Part shown: positions 45,026-55,454 of the stretch, piece by piece
Layout: every line of letters begins with the position of its first letter
Numbering within the stretch: the stretch's first letter is position 1
Assembly (NCBI GenBank): GCA_000004985.1
Contig: GG738927.1
Origin: Naegleria gruberi
Lineage: Eukaryota
Strand: one strand, 5' to 3'
Length of the DNA: 64,000 bases
Program-made: the position numbers and the translations under genes
Notes under the pieces: generated by a model
The model's input: only the letters and a program-made list of their open reading frames with translations
Databases searched by the model: none
What the model was told of the DNA's origin: nothing

Positions 45026-46744
45026 AAGAGTATAACTGTAAAAGGAAACAATGTCTTGTCCAGTGTTTTGAACTTTGTGCCTGGAAAAACTTCATCAGAA
45101 AGTGGAAGTAGCATTGAGTTTGTAAAAACATGGCTCTATTTTTGTAAATCAACACAAACTTTCTCATTGGTCAAACCAGAAGGTCAGCACATTCTCTTTC
45201 CAAGTATTAAAAAGTGGTTCACCGTCATGGATTTCAAGCAAATTGAAATGGAAGGTGAAGAATTCAAGGTAGAGCAATTATTGAAAGAATTCTTGATATT
45301 ACTTTTCAAGTCTTGCACTTCATTCCATAAAAAAACAGAAAAGGGAATGCTAAAGAATGTTGTTGTTGCCAATTGTTTCATTTTCACAGTACCCACTGAC
45401 ACTGATCTTGAAGCAAAGAAGAGATTTAAAAGAGTTGTAAAACAAGTTATTGATGAAACATGCAAAACTTCAAGACCAATTGAAATGGATGATATCTATG
45501 TTGTTGAGGAATATTCATTGCTGTTGCGTTTGAATTCTGACAAACCGAGTACCTTGATTATTGATATCGGCCATTTGACATGTGATGCACTTGTTAAGAA
45601 AAATGATGAAATACTTCAAGTGAATGGAGAAACAAGAGGAGTTTCTCTCATCCATGAAAAGATTAAGCAGTATGATAGTAACTTCGATCCAATGGAAGTC
45701 ATGAAAAATTTGTTCGACTATAGAAGTTCAGCAGAGTTACCTGAAAAATACGAAGAGTTGAAAACAATATTCGAGGATGGTGTGAAGGAAATTGCAGAGC
45801 CCATTCTTGATCTTATTCTTCAACATGGTTGCACAGATGTTGTGATTTATGGTGCATTTATTTCTCACGACTATTTTAGAAAGTTAATTGAGAAGTATGT
45901 GACCAACATAGAATTGAGCGAGTATGTCAACAGACAATTCAATTATCTCAAAGATGAATTCAAGAATCCAATAAGGACTCCTTTCGAAGTAAGTTGTAAT
46001 CCAGATGGTGGAAGTTCATTATTGAATGGTGCTAGATGTTTAATTGAGGAAGCACTTCTTAATCGTCAAGGTTTACATCAATTAGAATATGATAGAAAGG
46101 AGCTACCTTGTATATCTCGTATTGGATTCTGCTCATTCAACGAAAAGAAGGGGTGTCTTTGTTTTGATATTGTTTGTTCACTTTTTGATGCCTACGTTAA
46201 ACAAGATACCGAGGTTTTCATCATCAAGTTCAGAAATACCATTGATGCTTCAAAGGTTGAAAACAATGAAATCACAAAGCACAACTACAAAAGTGTTGGA
46301 ATTATGGAATTTGAAAGATTTTGCGCTCTAGAAATCAAGTTTAAACCAGACCTTAAATTATTCAAAAAGGGGTTTTTCCTTCATGGAATTGTAGGTGGAG
46401 ATAACCTGAAAATACTTCTTCATTATCAAGAAGCCAACAAACAGTACTTTTGCCATGCTTTCGACATTCCAAGAACAGGAAGAAAGGATAGAATTCCTGT
46501 TAATGATATTGGAAAGGTTTTCGAAAAGGAAAATGATTGGAATACTTGGTATGGAGCTCCTTATTACATTGAGATGAATATTGAGGACAAAGATAAGTAT
46601 AGCACCATTAGGTCATCTTACTTAAACCAAATTATTAGAGGAAGAGACTGGAAATTGTTCAAAGAATTGGAAGGTGGTGAATTGACGTATCTTCCTGAGG
46701 AATCATTAGTAAATGAAGTTCAGAAAAAGAAGAGACAAAAGTAG
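45026..46744 (+). CDS. Divergent Hsp70/actin-like ATPase-fold protein; 5' end lost in the gap (partial)
   Basis: Downstream of the gap the frame reads ...LIIDIGHLTCDALV (compare Hsp70 phosphate-2 motif DLGGGTFD), VVIYGAFISHDYFRKLIEKYV (compare adenosine motif VLVGGSTRIP), NPDGGSSLLNGARCLIEEA (compare NPDEAVA.GAA). This is followed by a ~230-aa non-Hsp70 C-terminal region. The N-terminal phosphate-1 motif would lie in or before the gap. Confidence 0.5.
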   Translation, partial: KSITVKGNNVLSSVLNFVPGKTSSESGSSIEFVKTWLYFCKSTQTFSLVKPEGQHILFPSIKKWFTVMDFKQIEMEGEEFKVEQLLKEFLILLFKSCTSFHKKTEKGMLKNVVVANCFIFTVPTDTDLEAKKRFKRVVKQVIDETCKTSRPIEMDDIYVVEEYSLLLRLNSDKPSTLIIDIGHLTCDALVKKNDEILQVNGETRGVSLIHEKIKQYDSNFDPMEVMKNLFDYRSSAELPEKYEELKTIFEDGVKEIAEPILDLILQHGCTDVVIYGAFISHDYFRKLIEKYVTNIELSEYVNRQFNYLKDEFKNPIRTPFEVSCNPDGGSSLLNGARCLIEEALLNRQGLHQLEYDRKELPCISRIGFCSFNEKKGCLCFDIVCSLFDAYVKQDTEVFIIKFRNTIDASKVENNEITKHNYKSVGIMEFERFCALEIKFKPDLKLFKKGFFLHGIVGGDNLKILLHYQEANKQYFCHAFDIPRTGRKDRIPVNDIGKVFEKENDWNTWYGAPYYIEMNIEDKDKYSTIRSSYLNQIIRGRDWKLFKELEGGELTYLPEESLVNEVQKKKRQK

Positions 46745-47340
46745 GTCTTCTCATTTTGAATAAATTATACACGTGATAGGAAATACATCTCGAGATATTG
46801 TAATGAAATCATAAGGAAATGTTGTGGAAGATAACAATTTTAAATAAAATTCTTTTCAAATTACATGGATTTAGAATAAATATTGATATATGATCTTAGA
46901 TTATATGATCCTCAATAACAAAGTTCTACTTCCATTACTAAAAACTCATTCCCCTTTTATGGAACTCTAATATAAGAAAGTGATCTCGCAAACACCGCAA
47001 CTCCAACTCGTATTACACTCTTTCGATTACATTAGACCATCTACTTTGTGTACTCAATGGCTATTAACAACAAGGTGTAGTTGCAATAAATTGATAGAAA
47101 GAATAGAAAGAATAGTTTCATTTTAAACGAATACAATTTTGCATACTAAATTGGAGTCATTAGAAATCAATTGGCAATCAGCAAGGTTAATTAGGAGTTG
47201 AAAACCTTGTATTTTTGTTGATAGCCAATGGTTTGACTGTCTCTTTCGGTTATATTTACGAAACTTCTAGTTTGTGAAATTGCCCATCATGTTTCAACTT
47301 TCTAACACGAGATTAAAATCAACTTACCATACACAATAAA

Positions 47341-48459
47341 ATGAGTGAACATATATCCATTACCGAATCGAACAATAGTACATCAACAGAACCAACTAAA
47401 CCATCATCTGATGTAGCAACTGTTGGTTTAGATCGTCCATACACTACTGCAGAAGCTTTCTGTAGAAATATTGGACTTGTCTCAAAAGAAGAACAAGCAA
47501 AGATTGAAAGAACTTGTGTTGCAATTGCTGGCTGTGGTGGTGCAGGTATGTTGTGTTTTAAATATCTCAATTAATTAACATCTTTGTTAACTTTGACTAT
47601 TAATTGTAACATGCATTACAACAACATCTAATCATGTCGATGAAAAGGTGGAGGTTATGCAAGCGCATTGGCTAGAACAGGTGTCAGTAATTTCAAATTT
47701 GCTGATTTTGATCACTATGAATTGGTCAACTTTAACAGGCAATATGGTGCGACCGTTAATTCAATTGGCAGAAACAAGGCAATTGTCACATCTGAAATTG
47801 TGCTTGCCATTAATCCACTTGCCAAAACTAAAGCATTCACCAATGGTATTGATGAAAGTAATATTGATGATTTCCTTGATGGTGTAAATGTTGTAATGGA
47901 TGCACTCGATCTGTTTGCACCAAGAACCAGACGTTTACTCTACAAACATGCACACAAGAAGGGAATTGCTGTGTTTACTGCTGGTCCAATTGGTTATTCA
48001 TGTGCTTGGCAAATCTATCTTCCAACTGGTCCAACATTTGATGATTTCTGTTGCATGAATGATAGTATGAGTGATGAGGATTTGATAGTTAGACATTTAA
48101 TTACAGCAGCACCTGCTGGCACTCATCTGAAATATATGAAAGCAAAGAATGTTGATTTGAGTGGACATGCTGCTCCATCTCTGGGTCCTGTTTGTACTAT
48201 GTTGCATGGAATTTTGGTGATTGAGGTGATTAATTTTGTGACAGGAAAGAAGCCAATTAAGGGTGTGCCACATTATTTCCAATTTGATATGATGACCAAT
48301 CAATTCAAGACGGGCTATTTGAGATGGGGAAATAGAAATCCAATTCAAAAGCTGAAGATTTGGTATCTCAATAGATTATTGGAAAAAGGAAAGAAGGAAA
48401 GAGCATTGGAAACTAAACAACCAAAGGATACAGAAAAGGAAACTGAATTGAAGGAATAA
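47341..48459 (+). CDS. ThiF/MoeB/HesA-family E1-like adenylyltransferase; join(47341..47545,47648..48459), 338 aa
   Basis: Exon 1 ends ...RTCVAIAGCGGAG. A 102-nt intron (GTATGT...AAAAG) in phase 1. Exon 2 GGYASALARTGVSNFKFADFDHYELVNFNRQYG matches the ThiF nucleotide-binding and D.D.VE.SNLNRQ motifs. No catalytic-Cys or UFD-type extension was recognised. Confidence 0.7.
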
Positions 48460-48614
48460 TATGTAGATTATTGTAAATAACATTTAAAAATAATATCCTT
48501 TTCATTTCCTCTTATTGGATTCAATAGTGATAAGTATCCAAAACAGTTTCATATATTCAATCTCATCAACAAACTGCCGAATTCCAAACATCATGAACTT
48601 TTACACCTCTACGC

Positions 48615-49004
48615 ATGGTTACATTATCAGCAATTTTTAATATTATTATGGATAATCACGTGGTGATAGAATCTACTTATAATTTCTATTTGGCAACATT
48701 CTCTGTTGGATTCTTCTACAGTGCAGTGATAATATTTTGTGGAGTTGTATTTTTCTTAATCAATGATACCATTGGAATTATATGGTCTGGTTATTTAGTC
48801 CTCAAAACAATCAGAAAGGTCACCAAGAATGTGAAAAATTCCTCAGACCGAAAGTCCAGAAATCCATTCACAGTCACCTTGTCATTAATGTTTGGATTAT
48901 TGAGCTGTGAATTTCTTCAAATAGTAGCTGGCTGTGTTGCAATTGTTGGTGATGATTACAAATTCATTCTAGCTCTCGTACTATTCTATCCATTTCAATA
49001 TTGA
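48615..49004 (+). CDS. Hypothetical small multi-TM protein (weak call)
   Basis: 129-aa ORF with 3-4 hydrophobic segments. No motif recognised. Isolated ORF in an otherwise gene-free stretch. Confidence 0.25.
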   Translation: MVTLSAIFNIIMDNHVVIESTYNFYLATFSVGFFYSAVIIFCGVVFFLINDTIGIIWSGYLVLKTIRKVTKNVKNSSDRKSRNPFTVTLSLMFGLLSCEFLQIVAGCVAIVGDDYKFILALVLFYPFQY

Positions 49005-49810
49005 AAAACAAGTAGCCAGAAAATAGCAGCACAGAAACCAGTAATAATACAGCACCAACTATCGGCATTCCCAATCAAAAGGATGAAATCTTCTTCAAAT
49101 TCCAAGATGATCAAATCTATTCGGAAAGTACTCCTTCCTCAAGCCTTTCCTCCTCATTCCTTCACCTATCTTTCTAAAGTTTAAATCTTCATAAAATTCA
49201 ATTTAATATCTATTATCAACTTAAATACTCTCTTCAATCAAAAAAGCCTTTTCCATACTACTCTCATTCATTTACCTTCATCACCAAGAAAGTCTGAAAG
49301 CAAGTCTTCAATCAATTCAATCAATTTTATTTTTTTTAATTTTGATTTAAAAAATATTGCAACAACATCATCAACTACATCATGTCCTTCCTCTCTAATC
49401 CAAAACTCTTGTTGAAGAAACTCTACGGAAAGGTTGTTTCCTTAGTTTCAACACTCGGAACCATTGCTTTCACCTCTTCAACTGCTATGGTTATTTTATA
49501 TTTGCCTCTTGTCTTGAGTCAAGACCAAGAAAAGTATGCTCTTCATCGTTTGATGGCTTCAGCTTTTGGAATTAAATTGGAAAATCAAGAAGTTGCCCAA
49601 TCTGAAGTACCAATGGCATCTTTACCTCTCGGAGCAATGTCTAAATTCTAAATCTAATTGTTGATGATCATCACACAAAAATTCTTCCGTAATAATAACA
49701 TCCTCTCCTTTCCAACATGTTCCCACTTTCACAATCTACCCATAATTCCGTTTTCTTTACTTTAAATAGTACACTTCACTTGTATTAGTTTAATAAAAAT
49801 TTATTTAAAA

Positions 49811-52800
49811 TTATTGCTTTGATGCTTTAAGACAGGTCATTAAAAATCTCATATTCTTGGCATTCTTAAGTTCTTGGAAGTACAACTTGTTCAAAGACTT
49901 GAAAGTGTGGTCAGCTGATGTGAAATCGCCTTGTAACATGGCATCACTCCACATTAAAAGTTCGTGAGCCAATGCATCATTGCTAGTTTCTTGTAAAAGA
50001 GTAAAGAGTGCATTCACACTTTGAGCAATCATTCTCTTCTTTTCCAAATGAGCAGCTCCCTTATCTTCTCCTCCATATAACTTATCGAAACTTTGAGTCA
50101 AACTATCTACAACATTTTGATATCTGGCACTTGTGACATTTCTTTCAATATCAATTCCAGCATACTTTTCCAAATTTTCTCTCAAAATGGCTTGTTGATC
50201 GACAACTGGTTGAATAACCATAGGTTGTTGAATAACTTCTGATTGTGGATTCAATGTTGGTGGCATTGTAACTTGTTGCCAAGTTGGAGTCATTGATGGA
50301 GAAGAATTGCTGCTACCTGTGCTTGGTGGCATACCTCCACCCATCATTGGTGGCATACCTCCCATTGGCATTTGGTTGGATTGGAATCCAGTGGATGGTT
50401 GAATTGGTTGTGGAGCAAATGTAGCCACACCTCCCAAATTATTATTTCCACTCATTGAATTCATTCCATATCCTCCCACTGATGGCATTCCTCCGCCCAT
50501 CATTGGTGGCATACCTCCACTCATTGAGTTTGATTGGAAACCAGTAGATGGTTGAATTGGTTGTGGAGTGAAAGATGCAACTCCTCCCAAATTATTATGA
50601 ATTGGATTATGAGTACTAGTTGGTTGATGATAGACAGGTGTTGTTGTTACAGGGTTATGGACTGGTTGAGTTACAGTAACTGGTTGATGCATGGCTACAG
50701 GCTTAGCAACAGCACCAGTTGGTGGAACGATGGCTCCTGAAATTGGGGAAACTGTTGGAAGTGGTTGAGGCAACAATTGAACATCAACCTTCTTGTATCC
50801 ACTACCTCCCAATTTCTTTGTATTGGTTGGTGAATCTGATCTGGTCGAAGAAGAGATTGTAGCACTTGAGCTTGGTGGAATAGAAGAAGCATGAGTTGTT
50901 GGAGTTGGTTGTGTTGTTTGTTGTGTTGGTTTCTTCTTAATCCAAGAACTTGGCATGGAAGGAGCCTTGAGACTTTGTGGAGCCTTACCAATGGAATGAT
51001 AAAGACGATATCTCAATTCTTGAATATCAACATTGGAATAATCCTTTGGAAGAATAATTGGTTGAGATGAAGTTTGGTCAATAGCAATATTCAAACAACG
51101 GAGAGCCAATGGTAAAGTCTTTTGAACATCAACCAAACTGCCCAATTCAATACATTTCATAGCAAATGTAATATAATATTGATTCAAAACATGACCATTT
51201 TGCAACATTTGATTCAAGATAGATTCAATGTATGAAATGGTAGTTGTCTTCTTGGAGATGGAGGCATAGGTGAGATGGTGTGTATGAAGTAATTCAATCT
51301 TGGAAATCAAATCAATGAGTCTGACAGCAAAATCTGGGCTTGATGTTGAAACACCTTCAATACTCTTTTCGAATTCAGAAATCCATCTGGTGAAGATTTG
51401 TTCAATTTGTCCAGAAAGGAATGAACCCAAGAGTGATCCTAGGAGATCATCTTCAGATTGTGGTTCATTTGGTCTATCAATGAGACGTTGTTCTTCCTTT
51501 TCAACCAAAGACTTGAGAACAGAATCGATCAAAGTCTTGTTCTTTGTCATATCCAAACAGAGAGTAGCAAGTTTTTCCTTCCAACTTTCTTCAGTATGGT
51601 TAAGAACAGCATCATAATTCTTATAGACAAGATCTCTCATGGCATTAATGACGGAACCTTCCTTACTATTCAAAAATTGTTCAACAACATAATTCCACAA
51701 TTCACTATTGCCAGTAACTTTGGCCAAAACTAAGGCATCAGAAAATCTGTTACCACTCAAGCAACAGTTGATGGCTCCTTGCATATTTCCAACAATAATA
51801 TTCTTCTTAATGAGTGTGCTCAATTCCTCAGAGTTATTTCTTTCGGATTCACTTGATTGAGGTTCAACAGTTTGAGATTGTTGTTGGATAGTTTCTCTAT
51901 TGTATCCTAACAATGATTGAATCTTCTTTCCTTTTTCTTCATCAGAAGTAAACAAAATTTCCAACAAATTCCATTCCATTGATTGGCTTTCAGATTGCTT
52001 TTGCTTACAATATTGAACGCAAAGATCTCTCTTTTCTTGTGGAGAAACTTGAGAAAGAACAATCTTTTCCAATTCAATAACTTGCTTATTGAAATCGAAC
52101 ATCTTTGGTGCATCAGATTCACTAACAGAAACAGAGGCAAGAGCAGAGGCACCACTGTAAATACGAATTGGATTTGGAGTCATGAATTGTTGAACTTGTT
52201 GGTGCTTTTCCAAACTATTTTCTTCACTTTCTTGCTTGATTGTGTTATTGAAAGCAATTAATCTATTTCCAAAACACCAAGAAACACCAGCTGGTCTCTT
52301 AAGCCATTTTGGTGCAGTCTTCAAAACTGAAGCAGTTGGTTGTGAAATATTCTTGACAGAGGCATTGAATGCATTGGATTCAACATTGACAGAACTTGGA
52401 TCTTGAACACTGTAAACTTGAATCTTCTTATCAAAAGAGCTTGTTGAAAGAATAGTTGATTTGTATGACCATTGGGCATCGAAAATCCATGGATATTCTT
52501 CTTGAGTATTAACTCTTCCCTTATTATTTCTATTGGATGATGAAACTTCAGAGAAACCAGTTGAAAGTTCTCCAAGTAAATCACCAGTATTAGGATTCCA
52601 AATAAGTGAACGATTGTCCTTACCACTACTGACCAAAAGGTTACTATCTTCACGACACCAACTAACACTCAAAACACCCTTTTGATGTCCTTGTTGAGCG
52701 GATCCGAGTTCTCTGATTGGAGCATAAGCCTTTCTCAAATCCCAAACTTCAATAACTGGTCTTTCATCATCCTCACAAGCTACTAATAATTGAGTATGAA

Positions 52801-53770
52801 TATCTGGATTCCAAGCAAGAGAACTGTATCTTGATCTTGGATGATTGGCATTACTGAAAGGAACAAGAACACGTTTTTGTCTCAAATCCCAAACAACAGA
52901 TGTTCCTTGATGAGATGTTGTTGCCAAAATATATTCGAATTTTTGATTCCATTGAAGATGAGAAATTGTTTGATTTTGATGTGGATTTTTACAACCCAAA
53001 ACAACAACACCAGGTTGTTCTGGTTGCTTCAAGTTCCAGATGAAAAGTTGTCCATCTTCACCAGCACTTGCCAATAAATTGACTTGTTTTGGATTAAATT
53101 CTAAGCCACGAACACTATTTTGGTGCTTATCAAGAGTAGCAACAAGAGCAGAACTTGTTGATGAAATTTTCTTTGTCTTGGAGTAAGATTCTACCATCTT
53201 GTTAACATCAAAAAGACTAATAGTACCATCAACTTGAGCACCAGCAACAATACCAAGTGATTCTCCTGTTGATCCCGGAGTACCCCAAGAAAGTCTGTTA
53301 AAACGATCAGGTGCTTCGATTTGAGCAACTAATTTTGGATGCTTTCTAGCAGCTTCCTTTTTCTTCTTTTCCTCTTCCTCTGTTGAGATTAATTCGTTTT
53401 GTTGATGAGTAGAACCCAATGATGAAAAGAAAGCTGATGAAGAACTATTTGAGAAGAAATCATCATCGTTACTTTGGAAAATATCTGATGAATCTGTTGA
53501 TTCTTGTTGTTGTTGTACGGATTCTTCTTCAACAGGGGTTTCTTCACTCTCTTCATATTTTGTGCTTAAACTACTGATTTGCTTTCCTGTAAAGCTTGGC
53601 AATATACTGTATATTTCTAAAGTTGCTCCAGTACCTGCTTGTTGACTAGATCTCAGCGATTCATTCCAATCCAACGAGCCAGCCAGAGAACCAACAGCCA
53701 TCAAATCGGTGTGGTCTTGAATAGGACACCAAGAAAGTGTACCAGACTTGTTAACGGAAGTGAGTCTCAT
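49811..53770 (-). CDS. sec31: COPII outer-coat component Sec31, single exon, 1319 aa
   Basis: N-terminal WD40 propeller with LAWNPDIHTQLLVACEDDERPVIEVWDLRKAYAPIRELGSAQQGHQKGVLSVSWCREDSNLLVSSGKDNRSLIWNPNTGDLLGEL, paralleling the conserved Sec31 block (IAW.P....ILAS.SDD....IWDLR.......L.GH.KG.LSL.WC..D..LLLSSG.DN....WNP.TGE.LGE). Central Pro/Gly/Met-rich region with repeated GGMPPMMGGGMP. Conserved alpha-solenoid C-terminus. Confidence 0.8.
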   Translation of the reverse strand: MRLTSVNKSGTLSWCPIQDHTDLMAVGSLAGSLDWNESLRSSQQAGTGATLEIYSILPSFTGKQISSLSTKYEESEETPVEEESVQQQQESTDSSDIFQSNDDDFFSNSSSSAFFSSLGSTHQQNELISTEEEEKKKKEAARKHPKLVAQIEAPDRFNRLSWGTPGSTGESLGIVAGAQVDGTISLFDVNKMVESYSKTKKISSTSSALVATLDKHQNSVRGLEFNPKQVNLLASAGEDGQLFIWNLKQPEQPGVVVLGCKNPHQNQTISHLQWNQKFEYILATTSHQGTSVVWDLRQKRVLVPFSNANHPRSRYSSLAWNPDIHTQLLVACEDDERPVIEVWDLRKAYAPIRELGSAQQGHQKGVLSVSWCREDSNLLVSSGKDNRSLIWNPNTGDLLGELSTGFSEVSSSNRNNKGRVNTQEEYPWIFDAQWSYKSTILSTSSFDKKIQVYSVQDPSSVNVESNAFNASVKNISQPTASVLKTAPKWLKRPAGVSWCFGNRLIAFNNTIKQESEENSLEKHQQVQQFMTPNPIRIYSGASALASVSVSESDAPKMFDFNKQVIELEKIVLSQVSPQEKRDLCVQYCKQKQSESQSMEWNLLEILFTSDEEKGKKIQSLLGYNRETIQQQSQTVEPQSSESERNNSEELSTLIKKNIIVGNMQGAINCCLSGNRFSDALVLAKVTGNSELWNYVVEQFLNSKEGSVINAMRDLVYKNYDAVLNHTEESWKEKLATLCLDMTKNKTLIDSVLKSLVEKEEQRLIDRPNEPQSEDDLLGSLLGSFLSGQIEQIFTRWISEFEKSIEGVSTSSPDFAVRLIDLISKIELLHTHHLTYASISKKTTTISYIESILNQMLQNGHVLNQYYITFAMKCIELGSLVDVQKTLPLALRCLNIAIDQTSSQPIILPKDYSNVDIQELRYRLYHSIGKAPQSLKAPSMPSSWIKKKPTQQTTQPTPTTHASSIPPSSSATISSSTRSDSPTNTKKLGGSGYKKVDVQLLPQPLPTVSPISGAIVPPTGAVAKPVAMHQPVTVTQPVHNPVTTTPVYHQPTSTHNPIHNNLGGVASFTPQPIQPSTGFQSNSMSGGMPPMMGGGMPSVGGYGMNSMSGNNNLGGVATFAPQPIQPSTGFQSNQMPMGGMPPMMGGGMPPSTGSSNSSPSMTPTWQQVTMPPTLNPQSEVIQQPMVIQPVVDQQAILRENLEKYAGIDIERNVTSARYQNVVDSLTQSFDKLYGGEDKGAAHLEKKRMIAQSVNALFTLLQETSNDALAHELLMWSDAMLQGDFTSADHTFKSLNKLYFQELKNAKNMRFLMTCLKASKQ

Positions 53771-54474
53771 CTCTGTGGCCTTTGTTTTATTTTTTTAAAA
53801 TAATAAAATTTGATGACGATGGCAGTCATGAATAAGCTGTTGTTTTTATTGTGTGATGAGGTAAGCTAATACATCATCAGAATAGTGTAGTGTTGTAGAT
53901 ACAATATGATGAGGTAATATGGTAACAGATAACGCGAGACAACTGTAGAATGATTATTTAATGCTTACAAAAAGAGTTTCATCAAGATGTGCTGACAATA
54001 ATGTTTTGGCCTCTCAAGAATCCTTTTTGTATTGAACCTTAAATGAATTCTATTTCGAAACAAGGCAGTCAAGCAATTATTTGATTTAATTTTCGTTCAG
54101 TTTCTTCCCTGTCATTGCAATATTTATTTTGTAATCTTTGGATTACATTAATGTAATGAAACATAGGCAATTTATTATTTGACTGCAATCTTTCCGTTGT
54201 TTTTGTAAAGTTCAATCAATTGATAACAATGTCATCATCTTAATTAAAATACTAATGAAATCAAATTAAATCTACGTCCGCCTTTGACGGGCATAACAGT
54301 CTGACGGACCATCAAACAATTCAAATATTCCATCAAATAAACCCAATAAAGGTCCCAACAATTTAAAAAAAATAACAACAAGATAAGAGAGAGCTGCAAA
54401 CTCCCTAGAATTGTTATCTACATTGTTCATAATATCATCGGAATACATTGCTACAATAAATTATAAAAGAGAAA

Positions 54475-55005
54475 ATGGGTAATATTGGTAGTTCAATTGC
54501 CAATTCAATGGCAGAAAAGCAAAAGGCTGTGCAAGTTGAAATGCAAGAGAAAATGGTACAAAATCAGAAAAAGCAAGGAGAAAGAATGAAGAGAATGCAA
54601 ATTGCTACTCAAGTTGCTATTGCTAGAGAACGATTTTGGTGGATGGCTGGTTTCCATGGTTTTATTTCGACTGGTTTACTTGCTGGATTGATTAAGAAGA
54701 AACCAATTCATCCTGGAGTTATTCTTCCATATACGTAAGTGTTTTAATATTTACATGGATTATATTGAATTATTCTTTAATAATATTGATCATTGTAAAA
54801 TATTTTCGAATTGGAATTAAAATCGAATATGAAATTCCCTGTTCTTCACAACAGAGCTTATTCACTCGTTGTATTATACAATTGGGACTTTGCTTACGGA
54901 GACAAATTGGAAAGAATTGATAAAATCTATTCACAAATTCAAAAAGAAGACCACTGGTACATTCCAATTGATCCAGATATGGTTGAAGAAAAGAAGAAGG
55001 AATAA
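54475..55005 (+). CDS. Plasminogen receptor (KT) / PLGRKT (DUF2870) homologue; join(54475..54734,54855..55005), 136 aa
   Basis: MGNIGSS... then two TM segments around QIATQVAIARERFWWMAGFHGFISTGLLAGLIKKKPIHPGVILP. Exon 2 YSLVVLYNWDFAYGDKLERIDKIYSQI. This parallels human PLGRKT (...QIAWSREFLKYFGTFFGLAAISLTAGAIKKKKPAFLVPIVPLSFILTYQYDLGYGTLLERMKGEAE). A 120-nt GTAAGT...ACAG intron in phase 2. Confidence 0.65.
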
Positions 55006-55454
55006 GTATTGTACTAAACTTGTAAATTATTGAATAAAATCAAAATATTGTAAAGAATTCTCATTCCCAACATGAAAGACTATCCAAATCCAACATTCTT
55101 GCCTTACCTCTCTGTCTTTACTTTTATAGAAATGTTTACTTGCTTGGCGTTGAGGAGATTTTACTTGTGACTGAGCAAAAACAACTCAATAAAAAAAGCG
55201 GCAAACTTTCTCTGTTTCTCTCAATTTGTATCTTTGAAGGAAATAGTATCATCCAAGCTAGGAAGCAAAACAGAAGAAGAGAAAGGATTATATAATTTCA
55301 AACATCATCAACATTTAGAGGATAAACAAGCGGCACTCGGAAAATACATCCTCTCTCTTGTTCTTCTTCGAATAATTTCAATAATATCATCATCAAGAGC
55401 ACTTTAAAACTCTCATCATCAATTATTGTACAAATATTAATAATATATTGGAAA

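Noticed and set aside
44824-45167. ORFs whose translations are runs of X
   Set aside because: Produced by translating the 173-nt N gap. They carry no information.
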